Source: an uncultured Acidobacteriota bacterium
Lineage (GTDB): Bacteria; Acidobacteriota; Terriglobia; Acidiferrales; UBA7541
Length of the DNA stretch: 64,000 nucleotides
Reading direction: 5' to 3'
Assembly: GCA_963732705.1 (NCBI GenBank)
Contig: CAVTAN010000006.1
Coordinates: 286,073 to 350,072, forward strand
Of the stretch, positions 48,686 through 59,849 are shown piece after piece. The position numbers and the translations under genes were made by a program. Under the pieces are notes generated by a model. That model saw only the letters and a list, made by a program, of their open reading frames with translations. It did not search any database and had not been told where the DNA came from. The first letter of the stretch is position 1; every line of letters begins with the position of its first letter.

Positions 48686-49390
48686 TTAATGCAGCGAAAC
48701 CTGCGAGAATCCCAGTCCCGCCAGCATGCCCGAAACCGTGCTGCGCGCGTTCTGGTCTGCGTTCTTCAAGATTCCATCTACAATCGCGGCTTGTTGCAAT
48801 TCCCGTTCCGCCTCCTGCCGCACTTCGCTTTCCAAATTCGGATCCGGCGAGGAGAATAATCCGGTGTCTCGCGAATAAACCCGGCTCTTGGCGTTATCAA
48901 TACGAGTGCTGAACACTTCGGCAGGCGGCAGATGCAGTGAAATGTTTCGCCCATCTATCGTAACGTCGCTCGGCTGCATGTTCCCCAGGTTCACGCCAGC
49001 GACTACTTCGCCGTGTACCACCAGCAGTATCCGATCGCCGGCGAGAAACTTCGGCAGGTAAGGATTGTCGCGCTCGCCGCCAATAATTTTGTCGACCGTG
49101 TAACTGACCGTCTCCAGCCGCTGCAATCGCTGAATCTGCCGAACCACGGTGGGCTGATCGACATTGATACGCATCCCGCCTGAGTGCAGCCGCAGATCCA
49201 AACCCAGCGCCGTCAGCAACCACCACCCTGCCGCGCCAAACAAAATCACTAGCATTATTCCCGCGGCAAATCCTTTAAACCAAGCGAATCTCTTCTTCGC
49301 GGGATAGAAAGGCGGCTCCGGTCGGACCGGCCTGACTTCCGGCTCCTTCACTGTAGGTACGCGGGTTTCCTCGATGGTGGGCATAGGCAT
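48686..49390 (-). CDS. DUF4230 family membrane protein
   Basis: Single TM then V..IQ.L.RLETV, G.V.AGV.L, LPPAEV, GIL..A..NA. Confidence 0.8.
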   Translation of the reverse strand: MPMPTIEETRVPTVKEPEVRPVRPEPPFYPAKKRFAWFKGFAAGIMLVILFGAAGWWLLTALGLDLRLHSGGMRINVDQPTVVRQIQRLQRLETVSYTVDKIIGGERDNPYLPKFLAGDRILLVVHGEVVAGVNLGNMQPSDVTIDGRNISLHLPPAEVFSTRIDNAKSRVYSRDTGLFSSPDPNLESEVRQEAERELQQAAIVDGILKNADQNARSTVSGMLAGLGFSQVSLH

Positions 49391-49531
49391 AGGTGTTTGA
49401 ACACAGTGTACTCCGCTTTCTATTCTAAGCCTCAGCCCCTCCGACACCTCTCCAGCGTTCCATGTAGGAACTCTCCGTGACCTTCAGAGTATGATTAGTG
49501 GACATTTAGCGAGATTCTTCGCGGGAGCCTC

Positions 49532-50332
49532 ATGGCCAAAAACACCGCTGCCGACTCCATCCGCCAGCAACTGAAAGAAGCCGCTTCTGAAATCACGCAT
49601 TTAGGCGGCTGGTCCGGCCTCAAGAGCGGCGAGTGGCTGTTTCAATTGATGGACCGCACCTTCCGGCACTACGCCCACGAGGCCGCCGTGCAATCTTTTC
49701 CGCTGCGCTTTCCCGGCCGCAACCGCGAGGAAATCGCCGAGGAACTGATCGACTCCGCCTCCAAAAGAGCCGCTCTCGCAGGCGCCATCACCGGCGCTGC
49801 TGTCTCCGCCGACGAATTGGTAGGGCTCTTCACCGCCGGCGAAGCCGTCGTCGGCCTCCCCGTGAACATTGCTGTTGCCGCCACCGCCATCTGCGCCGAA
49901 GTTTTTTTTACCGCGCGAATTCAGCTCCAGCTGGTAGCCCAACTCGCTTCTTTATACGGCGCGGCTCTCGACCCTGAAAATCCCGACGACCTCCTCGCCA
50001 TCATGAATTTCGCCTTTGGTGGCGCGGCCGCCCAGGGTCTCAGCCGCGAAGCCGCCAAATCCGGAGTTAAGCTCTCTCAAGCCGTTATCGGCCGGTACGT
50101 CGCCAAAAAGGAATCCTTCGAAGTGCTCAAACGCTCGGCAAGAAAACTAGGCTACAAGTTGCTACGCCGCTCCGTCGTCAACGGCGTCGTTCCCGGCGTC
50201 TCCATGCTCATGGGCGCATATTGGAACCGCCGCACCACCCTCACAATCGGCCGCAACGCTCAAAAATTCTTCGCCAATCGCCCCGCCGTCCTCCCGCCGC
50301 CGCGCCCCATCGCGCAAATCGCCCGTCGCTAG
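49532..50332 (+). CDS. EcsC-like family protein
   Basis: AALAGAITGA, QLQLV..LA..YG..LD, VPGVS..MGA.WN...T..IG. Confidence 0.65.
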   Translation: MAKNTAADSIRQQLKEAASEITHLGGWSGLKSGEWLFQLMDRTFRHYAHEAAVQSFPLRFPGRNREEIAEELIDSASKRAALAGAITGAAVSADELVGLFTAGEAVVGLPVNIAVAATAICAEVFFTARIQLQLVAQLASLYGAALDPENPDDLLAIMNFAFGGAAAQGLSREAAKSGVKLSQAVIGRYVAKKESFEVLKRSARKLGYKLLRRSVVNGVVPGVSMLMGAYWNRRTTLTIGRNAQKFFANRPAVLPPPRPIAQIARR

Positions 50333-50419
50333 TCGCAGGCAGACGCGTAAGCGAAATGTTTCGCACATTGTTTGACACCGCGCTAGTCTGCACGACGACG
50401 ACCCCCCGGCTTGCCCCGG

Positions 50420-50448
50420 TTGCCCCCAATCCATTACTGACCTAAGAT
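50420..50448 (+). promoter_or_regulatory. Sigma70-like promoter of tRNA-Leu
   Basis: TTGCCC-17 nt-TAAGAT, 8 nt before the tRNA. Confidence 0.55.
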
Positions 50449-50456
50449 ATTCACGT

Positions 50457-50542
50457 GCCGGAGTGGCGGAATGGCAGACGCAGAGGACTCAAAATCCTCC
50501 GGGCTCACGCCCGTGTAGGTTCGACTCCTATCTCCGGCACCA
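50457..50542 (+). tRNA. tRNA-Leu(CAA)
   Basis: Acceptor GCCGGAG/CTCCGGC+ACCA, D-arm GGCGGAATGGCAGACGC, anticodon arm GAGGA-CTCAAAA-TCCTC, long variable arm, GGTTCGACTCC. Confidence 0.97.
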
Positions 50543-50656
50543 TCTTTCCGACTCGTCCTCTGGCCTCCGCATGATCCCATTACGATTTGCACCGCTGCAA
50601 AACTCCGACGGGAGAAGCTTTTAACTAAACCCAAATTACCGGCAGGCGAATTTTGT

Positions 50657-51166
50657 ATGGCTAAATACGTTGCTCTATTGCGCGCCGTAAACGTGGGCGG
50701 CACCGGCAAACTTCCCATGACCGAATTAAAGTCGATGTGCGAATCCGCCGGTTTCTCCAACCCGCGCACCTACATCGCCAGCGGCAATGTGGTTTTCGAA
50801 AGCACTCTGTCGGAAACCGCCGTCAAGGCTAAATTGGAAAAGTGCCTTGCCACCTACGCTGGAAAACCGGTGGCTGTCGCGATTCGCACCGGCTCCGAAC
50901 TGAAGAAAATTCTGGCGAGCAATCCATTCAAAGCGCACCCGGCCAACAGCACCGTGGCCATCTTTCTCGATGCATCGCCGCTCAAGGATGCGCTGGAGGC
51001 CGCCACCGGCCAGCAAAAAGAAAAAATGGCCCTGGGGGCGCGCGAAATTTACGTCAGCTACGGCGAAGGCATGGGCCGCTCAAAGCTCAAAATTCCAGCC
51101 GCGAAAAGCGGCACAGCTCGCAACCTCAACACCATTGCCAAGCTCGCCGAATGGGCTACCGAATAA
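50657..51166 (+). CDS. DUF1697 family protein
   Basis: YVALLRAVNVGG..K..M..L, TYIASGNVVF, TARN.NT..KL. Confidence 0.9.
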   Translation: MAKYVALLRAVNVGGTGKLPMTELKSMCESAGFSNPRTYIASGNVVFESTLSETAVKAKLEKCLATYAGKPVAVAIRTGSELKKILASNPFKAHPANSTVAIFLDASPLKDALEAATGQQKEKMALGAREIYVSYGEGMGRSKLKIPAAKSGTARNLNTIAKLAEWATE

Positions 51167-51206
51167 ATCGCCGCGAAGCGCTCAGTCCCCCCGCCAATCA
51201 GGTCGA

Positions 51207-51302
51207 TTAGCGAACCAGCAGCAATACCATAAAAATGAAAGCGATCAGCACCACGTGACCCGTGCCGCTCATGTCGTCGAGGAAAGTGTTCATCTTGGCC
51301 AT
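51207..51302 (-). CDS. Putative 31-aa single-TM small protein
   Basis: AGGAG SD about 6 nt before ATG; MAKMNTFLDDMSGTGHVVLIAFIFMVLLLVR-stop. Confidence 0.55.
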   Translation of the reverse strand: MAKMNTFLDDMSGTGHVVLIAFIFMVLLLVR

Positions 51303-51530
51303 GTTCTTCTCCTGGGTGAGTTCCCGCTGCATGAGAAGCATTGTGAGAGAGCGCCTCGCGCGCGAAAATAGCGAGTCCGTACGGTCTCCGCAAACTGACA
51401 GATCCTGTGGCTCTACAGGAAGTCACGAAGCAGGGCTAGGGTGAAAATCAAAAAGGTACCGCCGCCCAAAACTTTCGTTGCAGTACCATCTAGCCCGGCT
51501 GATCCAGGCTAAAAAAACGCTAATCACTTT

Positions 51531-51548
51531 TATTGAATCGGTTTAATA
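51531..51548. promoter_or_regulatory. LacI-family-like operator upstream of the GH2 gene
   Basis: TATTGAATCGGTTTAATA, 14/18 palindromic with central CG. Confidence 0.5.
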
Positions 51549-51626
51549 TACCTGCGCTGAGCCTCGCCCGCGCCAGGACCGGTCTCAACAAGCCGAAGCT
51601 CATCCTAATTTTTCGGAGGAACATTC

Positions 51627-54376
51627 ATGCCTCGCTTCCACAAGTACTGTGTTATCGCTGTTACTTCCGTCACCTTGATAAGTACTTGTAGCTTCGCTGC
51701 TCAGTCCCCGCGTTCCGCCGCGCATAAAGGCGCCTCGTCCGCCGAGCTCGCCAAGCGCTTCCTCCACAAAGACTGGCAGGTCCAATCCTCCTGCGACGAC
51801 AAAGTCTCCGGCGAAAAAATCTCTACTGCTGGATTCGACGCCTCCCAATGGCACAACACCGACATTCCCGCCACCGTAGTCGCCGTTCTGGTCACCGACA
51901 AAACCTACCCCGATCCCACCTACGGCACCAATCTCAAATCTTTCCCGGCATGAACTACGACGATAAGACCTCTTCGCCAATCTCGACATGCCCGCAGGGC
52001 AGCCCCTTCGTCTGTTCCTGGTGGTACCGCACCGAATTCAAACTACCGCTCGTGCCCGGATCCGCAGGCAAGAACAAAACCGACTGGCTGCATTTCAACG
52101 GCATCAACTACCGCGCCAACATCTGGCTCAACGGCCAAAAAATCGCCGACGCCAAAGATGTCGCCGGCACCTATCGCACCTTCGAATTCAACATCTCCAA
52201 ATATCTGAAGCACGGCGGGACCAAAAATACCCTCGCCGTGGAAGTTTTCGCCCCCGGCAAAGACGACCTCGGCATCACCTGGGTCGATTGGAATCCCACT
52301 CCCCCCGACAAAAACATGGGCATCTGGAAAGAAGTCTTCCTGACCCAAACCGCTGACGTCACCGTGCGCAATCCTTTCGTCGCCTCAAAACTTGTCCACG
52401 ACTACAAATCCGCCGCCCTCACCGTCTACGCCGATCTGCAAAATACTGCCGACATCCCGGTCAGAGGCGTCCTCCGCGCCGAAATCGACAAAATCAAAAT
52501 CACCCAGCCCGTCACCGCTCGCCGCCGGCGAATCCAAAACCGTCCACTTCACGCCCCAGAAAAATTCGCCGCCCTCAAACTCGCCCATCCGCATCTCTGG
52601 TGGCCTTACACCATCGGCGAGCCCGTACCTCTACCACGCCAAAATTTCCTTCGACGTCGCCGGCCAAACCAGCGACTCCGCCTCCACGCAGCTTCGGCAT
52701 CCGCGAAGTCACTAGCGAAGCTCATCGACAAAAATTTCCGCCTCTTCAAAATCAATGGCCGCAACATCTTAATTCGCGGCGCCGCCTGGGCTCCCGATCT
52801 TGCTTCTTCGCTGGGATCCCGGCACGGCTCGACGCCGACATGGCCTACGTCCACGACATGGGCCTCAACACCATTCGCCTCGAAGGCCGCCTCGATCGCG
52901 AAGAGTTCTACGAAAAAACCGATCGCCTCGGCATTCTGGTCATGCCCGGCTGGACTTGCTGCGACGCCTGGCAACAATGGAAAAGATTGGCAGGACGAGC
53001 AGCGCGACATCGCTGCCGCCGCGCTCAAAGATCAGATCCACATCTTGCGCCAGCATCCCAGCGTCTTCGTCTGGCTCAACGGCAGCGACGGCCCGCCCCC
53101 GCCGAACGTCGAAGAGCATGTACCTCGGCATTCAGAAGGAATTGATTGGCCCAATCCGGTCGTTTCATCCGCTGCGGAGGAAGTCTCCACACAGTCACCG
53201 GCAAATCCGGCGTCAAAATGACCGGGCCCTACGAATATGTCCCGCCGGTCTATTGGCTCTCCGACACGGAAGCCGGCGGCGCCTACGGCTACAACACCGA
53301 AACCAGTCCCGGCCCCGCGATTCCTACGCGCGAATCCCTGGAACGATTCATTCCCAAAGATCATCTCTGGCCCATCGACGACGTCTGGAATTTCCATGCC
53401 GGCAAAGAACGCTTCACCACCATCAACGTTTTCGCCGACGGCCTCAACCGCCGCTACGGCACCGCAACTTCGCTCGACGACTTCGAACGCAAATCGCAGG
53501 CCGCAAACTTATGACGGCCAGCGCGCCATGTTCGAGGCTTACGCCCGACAATAAATACACCGCCACCGGCGTCATTCAATGGATGCTCAACAACGCCTGG
53601 CCCTCGTTGATCTGGCATCTGTACGATTACTACCTGGTTCCCGCCGGCGGCTATTTCGGCACCAAAAAAGCCAACGAGCCCTCCACGTGCAATACTCCTA
53701 CGACAACAATTCCGTCGCGGTCATAAACAGCACTCTCGAGCAATTTCACCGGACTCAAAGTCTCCGCCAAACTCTACAACCTCGACGCCACCGAGAAGGG
53801 AACCAAGGACGCTACGGTGGACTGCCCCGGCTGACGGCGCGGTCACCGCTTTCGAACTTCCCACCCCGGAAGGTCTACTCGACCACGTATTTCCTGCGTC
53901 TGCAACTCCACGACTCCTGCCGGCAAACTGGTCAGCGACAATTTTTACTGGCTCTCCACCAAAGCCGACATCCTCGACTGGAAGAACAGCTTAGACACCG
54001 TCTACACTCCGCAAGCCGAATTCGGCGACCTCACCGGGCTTGCAACGCTTCCGCAAGTAAAACTCGACGTCACCGCCATCCTACCAAATCTGCAGGCCGG
54101 CAAAAAACCACCCACGTAACCGTGAAAAATCTCGGCAACAGCATGGCCTTCATGGTCCATCTCCGTGCCGCACGCAGCCCAAGTGGAGCCGACATCGTCC
54201 CCGATTTTCTGGGAGCGACAATTATTTTTCGCTTGCTCCCCGGCGAACAACGCGAAGTCTCCGCCACTTATCCTGCCAGCGCTCTCGCGGGCGACACCGC
54301 GGTCCTGGAGGTGGAAGGATTCAACGTTACCCGGCAAACCGTGGAGTCCGAAACCGCCTCCGGTGGCGCGCACTAG
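51627..54376 (+). CDS. Exported GH2 glycoside hydrolase, exo-beta-D-glucosaminidase (CsxA)-like, many frameshifts
   Basis: Signal peptide; WWYRTEF, GINYRA, WVDWNPTPPD.NMGIW, GLNTIRLEG, GWTCCD.W, HPSVFVWLNGSD, KMTGPY..VPP.YW, WMLNNAWPS..W.L.DY. Confidence 0.88.
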
Positions 54377-54390
54377 GCTTGCGCCTCAAA

Positions 54391-54446
54391 TAAAAAACGC
54401 CAGAGCAAGAAGTCGGATAGCTGCATCCACTTCTCGTTCTGGCGTT
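54391..54446 (-). terminator. Long hairpin terminator between convergent GH2 and BON genes
   Basis: AACGCCAGAGC..AGAAGT..GGAT / ATCC..ACTTCT..GTTCTGGCGTT with an A-run on the left (U-tail for the minus strand). Confidence 0.75.
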
Positions 54447-54469
54447 AATATTTCTAGTTCGTGCGGCGT

Positions 54470-55033
54470 TTACTTCGCGGGTGTGACCACCAGCTCATTT
54501 TTTACCGAGAAAACGTTAGGCACGCCATTCGCCCGGATGTTAGCCAGGTCTTTATCTCCCTGGCTGTCCACCATCCCCACCAGAGTAACGTTGCCGTTTT
54601 TCACGATAATGTGAATCGACGGAACAGCTGATTCGGCGTACCTTGACAGTGCCGGCTCACTGAATATCGCCCGGTACACTGCCCTGCGAATCTGATCGTC
54701 CATCGGCGAAAGCGGCAGCACCTCGATGTTGTTCACTACCCGTCCAATGCCTTCAATGTTCTTCACCACGTTTTCCGCATCCGATTTCAGCGTGGGCCTA
54801 ACCACCTGACCTTCCAACGTCACAGTATCCCCTCCACCCGGAATGCCAGGTTATCGAACACTGAATAGTACGGCAGCAAAACCAACTGGTGCCGCACTTC
54901 ACGAATCAGATTCTGCCGCGAATTTGGTTCATTCTGTTGCGCCTTGCGGTCTTGGGCAGGCGAAACTGCAAACCATAAAAGTTAAGCCGCCAGCCAACAG
55001 CAAAATGTGAGTCAGCACATATCGCTTTTTCAT
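54470..55033 (-). CDS. Exported dual BON domain protein, frameshifted
   Basis: GGAGG SD and ATG at 55033; VRHQLVLLPYYSVFDNL, VTLEGQV, V.N.IEV, IHIIVKNGNVTL.G.V. Confidence 0.85.
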
Positions 55034-55235
55034 AACGCCTCCGGACGCGCGCACATGATACGCGCTTCGAGCAGTTAGATTCCAGTCCTGCCAATTGGGT
55101 GCACCGGCGCTGGTGTCTCGCCAGTGTTACGATAGAACCGTGCCCTCGAAAATGATCGCCGCTTGACCCTGAGCCTGGCTGTTCGCGCTGGGCCTTCTAC
55201 GTCGATCTTCATCCTTCTGCCCGGAGGAACTTGGC

Positions 55236-55972
55236 ATGCTGCTAATCGCCCATCGCGGGGCTTCCGGTCACGCCCCGGAAAATACGCTGGCCTCTTTCAA
55301 GAAGCGCGGTCAGCCTCGGTGCCACTTTCATCGAAACCGATCTGCAATTGTCTCGCGACGCTCGCCTGGTGGCCATTCACGATGAAACCGTCAATCGCAC
55401 CACCAACGGAAAGGTGCCGTCCACGACATGACCCTTGCCGAATTTGCGCCGCCTCGACGCCGGTTCCTGGTTCGGCAGCGAATTTGCCGGCGAGCGCATT
55501 CCCACGCTCGATGAAATCCTCGATTTCGCCAAAAAATACGACATCGTCTTTTATCTGGAACTAAAGCCCGGCGGTTCCTGGGGCGGCGAACACGCGCTCA
55601 TCGGCGGCTTACGAGAATCCGGAGCAAATCGCGCGCACCATCGTCATTTCCTTTGACGCCGCGATTCTCGCCGCCGTCCGAAAAATTGAACCCACGATGA
55701 TGACCGCCTTGCTCTACGACGGCCATATTGAAAAGCCCCTCGATCAGGCGCATCGCAAGTCGGCGCCCGTCAATTGGCCATCCGCGGTGATTTGGTCAGC
55801 CCCTCGCTGCTGAGCGCCGCGCGAAAAAAAGACTTGCAAGTGGTGTGCTGGACTGTAAATCATTCCGCCCATATGCGGCTGCTGATGGCTGCGGGCGTAG
55901 ACGGCATCATGAGCGACTATCCCGACCGTCTGGCTGCCAGCGCAAAAAAGGCCAAACACAAGACACGCCTAG
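55236..55972 (+). CDS. Glycerophosphodiester phosphodiesterase (GlpQ/UgpQ family), frameshifted; end approximate
   Basis: [30 protein letters not shown]...[22 protein letters not shown]. Confidence 0.88.
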
Positions 55973-55987
55973 CGGTGCGCATGCTGC

Positions 55988-56895
55988 TCAAGTTCGTCCC
56001 GCACTCGCTAAAGCGATCTTTACTTCTCTCAACGCCACATATAACCCGCGAAATTAGGATCGAAATTTGCTCCGCCCGCGCATCCGGCGCAAATTCAGAC
56101 AGCCGCCAGCGCGTTACGCACTTCTTCCGGGTCGGCCAAGCTCCCGCAAATTATTAACCAGCGTTTTTCGTTTTCTTCGAAAAGCACAATTTAACAAATT
56201 CCAAAAATGCCGCTTCATCGTCTCCCATTGATGCTCGCGCGGATTTATTTTCGCCCGGCAACAAACCACCGCGATCGCAACTGCGCCCATCCTCCAGGCA
56301 ACCGCAGCGTAACCAGAGTCGAACCAACTTCCGGTGGCGGATGGAAACGCCGCACGCGGAATCTCCAGCACCAATTCCGGTCGCGAATTCAATTGCGTGG
56401 CCACCGAGAAATATCCGTAAGCTTTGCTGCCAGGCTCCGCCGCCATCCGCTCTGCCACTTCCGTCTGCACTACCACATGAATCTCGTCGATCAATTCCGC
56501 AAACTGAAACAGATGATGGAGGATCGGTGAGGTGATGTAGTAGGGCAAGCTCCCATAAATCACGTATTCGTCGTCCCTCAGCAAGGCCGCCAAATCGGCT
56601 TCCAGAATGTCCCCGTAAATCACATCAAGGTTCGGATTTTTCTTTTCAGACGGTTTAGATTCCCAATCAAAATCTGGTCCACCTCAATCGCATGCACCGG
56701 CGCGCCGGTGCCCGCCAGGTATTCCGTCATCTCCCCGTGCCCGGGGCCAATTTCAACCCAGCAATACACTGGAATCTCCAGCCGTCGCCGCGTTGGCAAG
56801 CTCCGGACGCGGCGACACGCGAATCGGCTCCGCAATCTGTTCCCGCCAATAAATGTCCGCAAGAAAATGTTGGCCCAAGAGGTTGACGACGTCAT
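55988..56895 (-). CDS. rsmA: 16S rRNA m6,2A dimethyltransferase, frameshifted
   Basis: LGQHFL-like start across frames, VEIGPGHG, AIEVD, GSLPYYITSPIL, QTEVAER, KRKTL.NNL. Confidence 0.85.
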
Positions 56896-57032
56896 CGGCA
56901 CACAGTGTAGCAACTCCGCATCACGCCGGACTTTCATCGCCGTCCACATAATCGGCATAGCGTAAAATAAGTCGACGTGCTCGCCCATCTCTCCATTCTC
57001 TTGCGGAAGCGGTACAGCAGTGTGAGCTTGTT

Positions 57033-58501
57033 TTGAGAATACTCTTCGCGGCATCCGAAGGCCTTCCCTTTTCCAAGACCGGCGGTCTGGCCGACGTAAT
57101 CGAAGCATTGCCCAAAGCCCTCGCGCTCTGGGCCACGAAGTTGCCGTCGTGCTTCCTCGTTATCGCGGAATAAAAACCAGCGCCGTGGTTATGCCCAGTC
57201 TCACCATTCCCATGGGCAACCGGTTGCGCTTTCCCTCCGTCGCCGACGGCACTATGCTCAACGGCGTGCGCTATTTTTTCGTCGACGATCCCGGCTACTT
57301 TGATCGCGACGGTATCTACGGCAACAGCGCCGGAGATTTTCCCGACAACGCCGAGCGTTACAGCGAATTTTGCCGCGCCACCATCGAAATCGCCAAACAC
57401 ATTTGGCCCGCCGACGTAATCCATTGCCACGACTGGCAGACCGCGCTCGTTCCGGTGCTGTTGCGCTCCGTCGTACGCCGCCGACCCGCTGGTAAAGAAT
57501 CTCCGGTAATTTTCACCATTCATAATTTGGGCTATCAAGGCCACTTTCCCGGCAGCGGTACTCGATCGCGCCGGCATTCCTCCCGAGGTTTACCACCCCG
57601 CGGGCCTTGAATTCTACGGCATCGTCAACCTGCTGAAGGGCGGCCTCGTTTACTCCGACTACCTCACCACCGTCAGCAAAAAATACGCTGAAGAAATTCA
57701 AACTCCGGAATTCGGCTATGGCCTCGACGGCGTGGTGCGCAGCCGCGCGCGATCACGTAGTAGGCATTCTCAATGGCGTGGACTATTCCGTCTGGAATCC
57801 TGAAAAAGACAAACTAATCGCGGCACGATATTCCGCGAAAGATTTGACCGGCAAGCACGCCTGCAAAAAAGACCTGCTCGAAATATTCGGGCTCTCCGCC
57901 GGAATATGAAACTCGTCCTGTTCTCGGCATCGTCTCCAGATTTGCCGATCAAAAAGGATTTGATCTCATCGCCGCCGTCGCCAAGGAGTTAATGCAGGAA
58001 GACGTCGTTCTCACAGTTCTGGGCACTGGCGAACGCCGCTATGAAGAATTGTTTGAGACTCTCGCGAACGAATTTCCTGGTCGCGTCGGCGTGCGCATCG
58101 CCTACGACAACGAACTTGCGCACAAAATCGAAGCGGGCGCCGACATGTTCCTCATGCCCTCGCGTTACGAACCCTGCGGCCTAAATCAAATTTACAGTTT
58201 GAAGTACGGCACGGTTCCCATCGTACGCGCCACCGGCGGCCTCGATGACACCGTCGAATCTTTCGACGTTGAACACGGAACCGGAACCGGCTTCAAGTTT
58301 GAGCAATACTCCGGCGCGGCTCTGCTCGACGCCGTTCGCCTGGCTTTGCATCATTTCGCCGACGAACGCATCTGGAAACGCATCCAACTTAACGGCATGG
58401 CCAAGGATTTTTCGTGGAAGCGCCCCGCGCTGGAATATGCGAAGCTCTATAAGGCGGCGCGGTTGGCACGAAACCAAATCCTCGTTGCAACATCTAATTA
58501 A
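57033..58501 (+). CDS. glgA: Glycogen synthase, frameshifted
   Basis: [62 protein letters not shown]. Confidence 0.93.
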
Positions 58502-58559
58502 AGGACCCGAGGAGAGATAGCGGCGAGCCCTCCGGCCAATCCCGCTGAGGACAAACAAC

Positions 58560-58904
58560 ATGGCTGATAACATTCAATCAGTGACCGATGGCAATTTCGA
58601 GGCGGAAGTCTTAACCGCCAGCAACTCGCAACCCGTAATGGTAGATTTCTGGGCCGATTGGTGCCGCCCGTGCCACATGCTGGCGCCCACGGTCGCGGAG
58701 ATCGCTCATGATTACGCCGGCAAACTCAAAGTCATGAAGCTCAACGTCGACGAAGCCATCAATTCCGCCGGCCGCTACAACGTTCGCGGCATCCCCACTT
58801 TGCTGGTCTTCAAAAACGGCCAGGTCGTCGAGCAGATCGTCGGCGCCGTTCCCAAGGACCAAATCACCAAAGCCCTCGCGCGCCACTTGAGCGTAATCTC
58901 GTAA
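58560..58904 (+). CDS. trxA: Thioredoxin
   Basis: VDFWADWCRPC, IPTLLVFKNG; GAGG SD. Confidence 0.93.
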   Translation: MADNIQSVTDGNFEAEVLTASNSQPVMVDFWADWCRPCHMLAPTVAEIAHDYAGKLKVMKLNVDEAINSAGRYNVRGIPTLLVFKNGQVVEQIVGAVPKDQITKALARHLSVIS

Positions 58905-59045
58905 CAACTGCAATATTGGGCGCGCCGCGCAAAATATGTGCGATGCGCCTATCATTCATTTTCCAAGGACGCAGTCGATAGTTCGCGACGCACCTTTATA
59001 TTCCAACCGCTAGAATGCCCTGCATCGCGGTTGCACCACGAACAA

Positions 59046-59636
59046 ATGAAAAATCTCCTCCGCCTCTCGTTCGCTGCCGCTGGCCTTCAGCAACCGACTC
59101 AGCATCGCCTATCACGACAAGGAGTGGGGCGTCCCCGTCCACGACGACCGCACGCTCTTTGAATTCCTGACTCTCGAAGGCGCGCAAGCCGGCCTGAGCT
59201 GGGACACCGTCCTAAAAAAGCGCGAACGCTACCGCCAAGTCTTCGCCAAATTCGATCCTGAAAAAGTCGCTCGTTTCGATCGCAAAAAAGTAAACTCGCC
59301 TTGTTCAAGGATCCCGGCATCATCCGCAATCGCCTGAAAATCGCTTCCACCATCAGCAATGCCCAAGCCTTCCTGAAGTCCAGAAAGAATTCGGTTCCTT
59401 CGACAACTACATCTGGAGCTTCGTAAACGGCAACCGCCCCATCCAAAACGCGCGCGAAAACTCACGTCCAGCCTCCCGGCCTCAGCACCAAAGTATCCGA
59501 CGCTATAAGCAAAGACCTGAAAAAACGCGGCTTCCGCTTCGTCGGCACCACCATCTGCTACGCCTTCATGCAAGCCGTGGGCATGGTCAACGACCACGCC
59601 ACCGATTGCTTTCGTTACCGCGAACTCAGTAAGTAG
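59046..59636 (+). CDS. tag: DNA-3-methyladenine glycosylase I, frameshifted
   Basis: YHDKEWG.P.HDD..LFE.L.LE..QAGLSW, IIRNRLKI, LKKRGF.FVG.T.CYAFMQA.GMVNDH...CF. Confidence 0.9.
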
Positions 59637-59676
59637 CACCGCAGCGATTTACCTTCGCTTCACTTATCCCTCTTGC

Positions 59677-59705
59677 TTGCGCCTGCGCCATGCGACAGGT
59701 ACGAT
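59677..59705 (+). promoter_or_regulatory. Sigma70-like promoter of purA
   Basis: TTGCGC-17 nt-TACGAT, giving a leader of about 138 nt. Confidence 0.55.
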
Positions 59706-59849
59706 TTGATTTTGCCGTTCGCTGTTCAACTTCCCGCCATGCTTCTCTCCACGATGAGAGAGGGAAGCGCCAATCGCCAATCGTTCAGAGCGGTTGGCTT
59801 AGATGCATTAGTCATAGCGAACGTATCAACCGTGTAAGAAAGGTCAGAA

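Noticed and set aside
50457-54376. Genomic island integrated at tRNA-Leu
   Set aside because: No integrase, no duplicated tRNA 3' end seen downstream, no obvious composition shift
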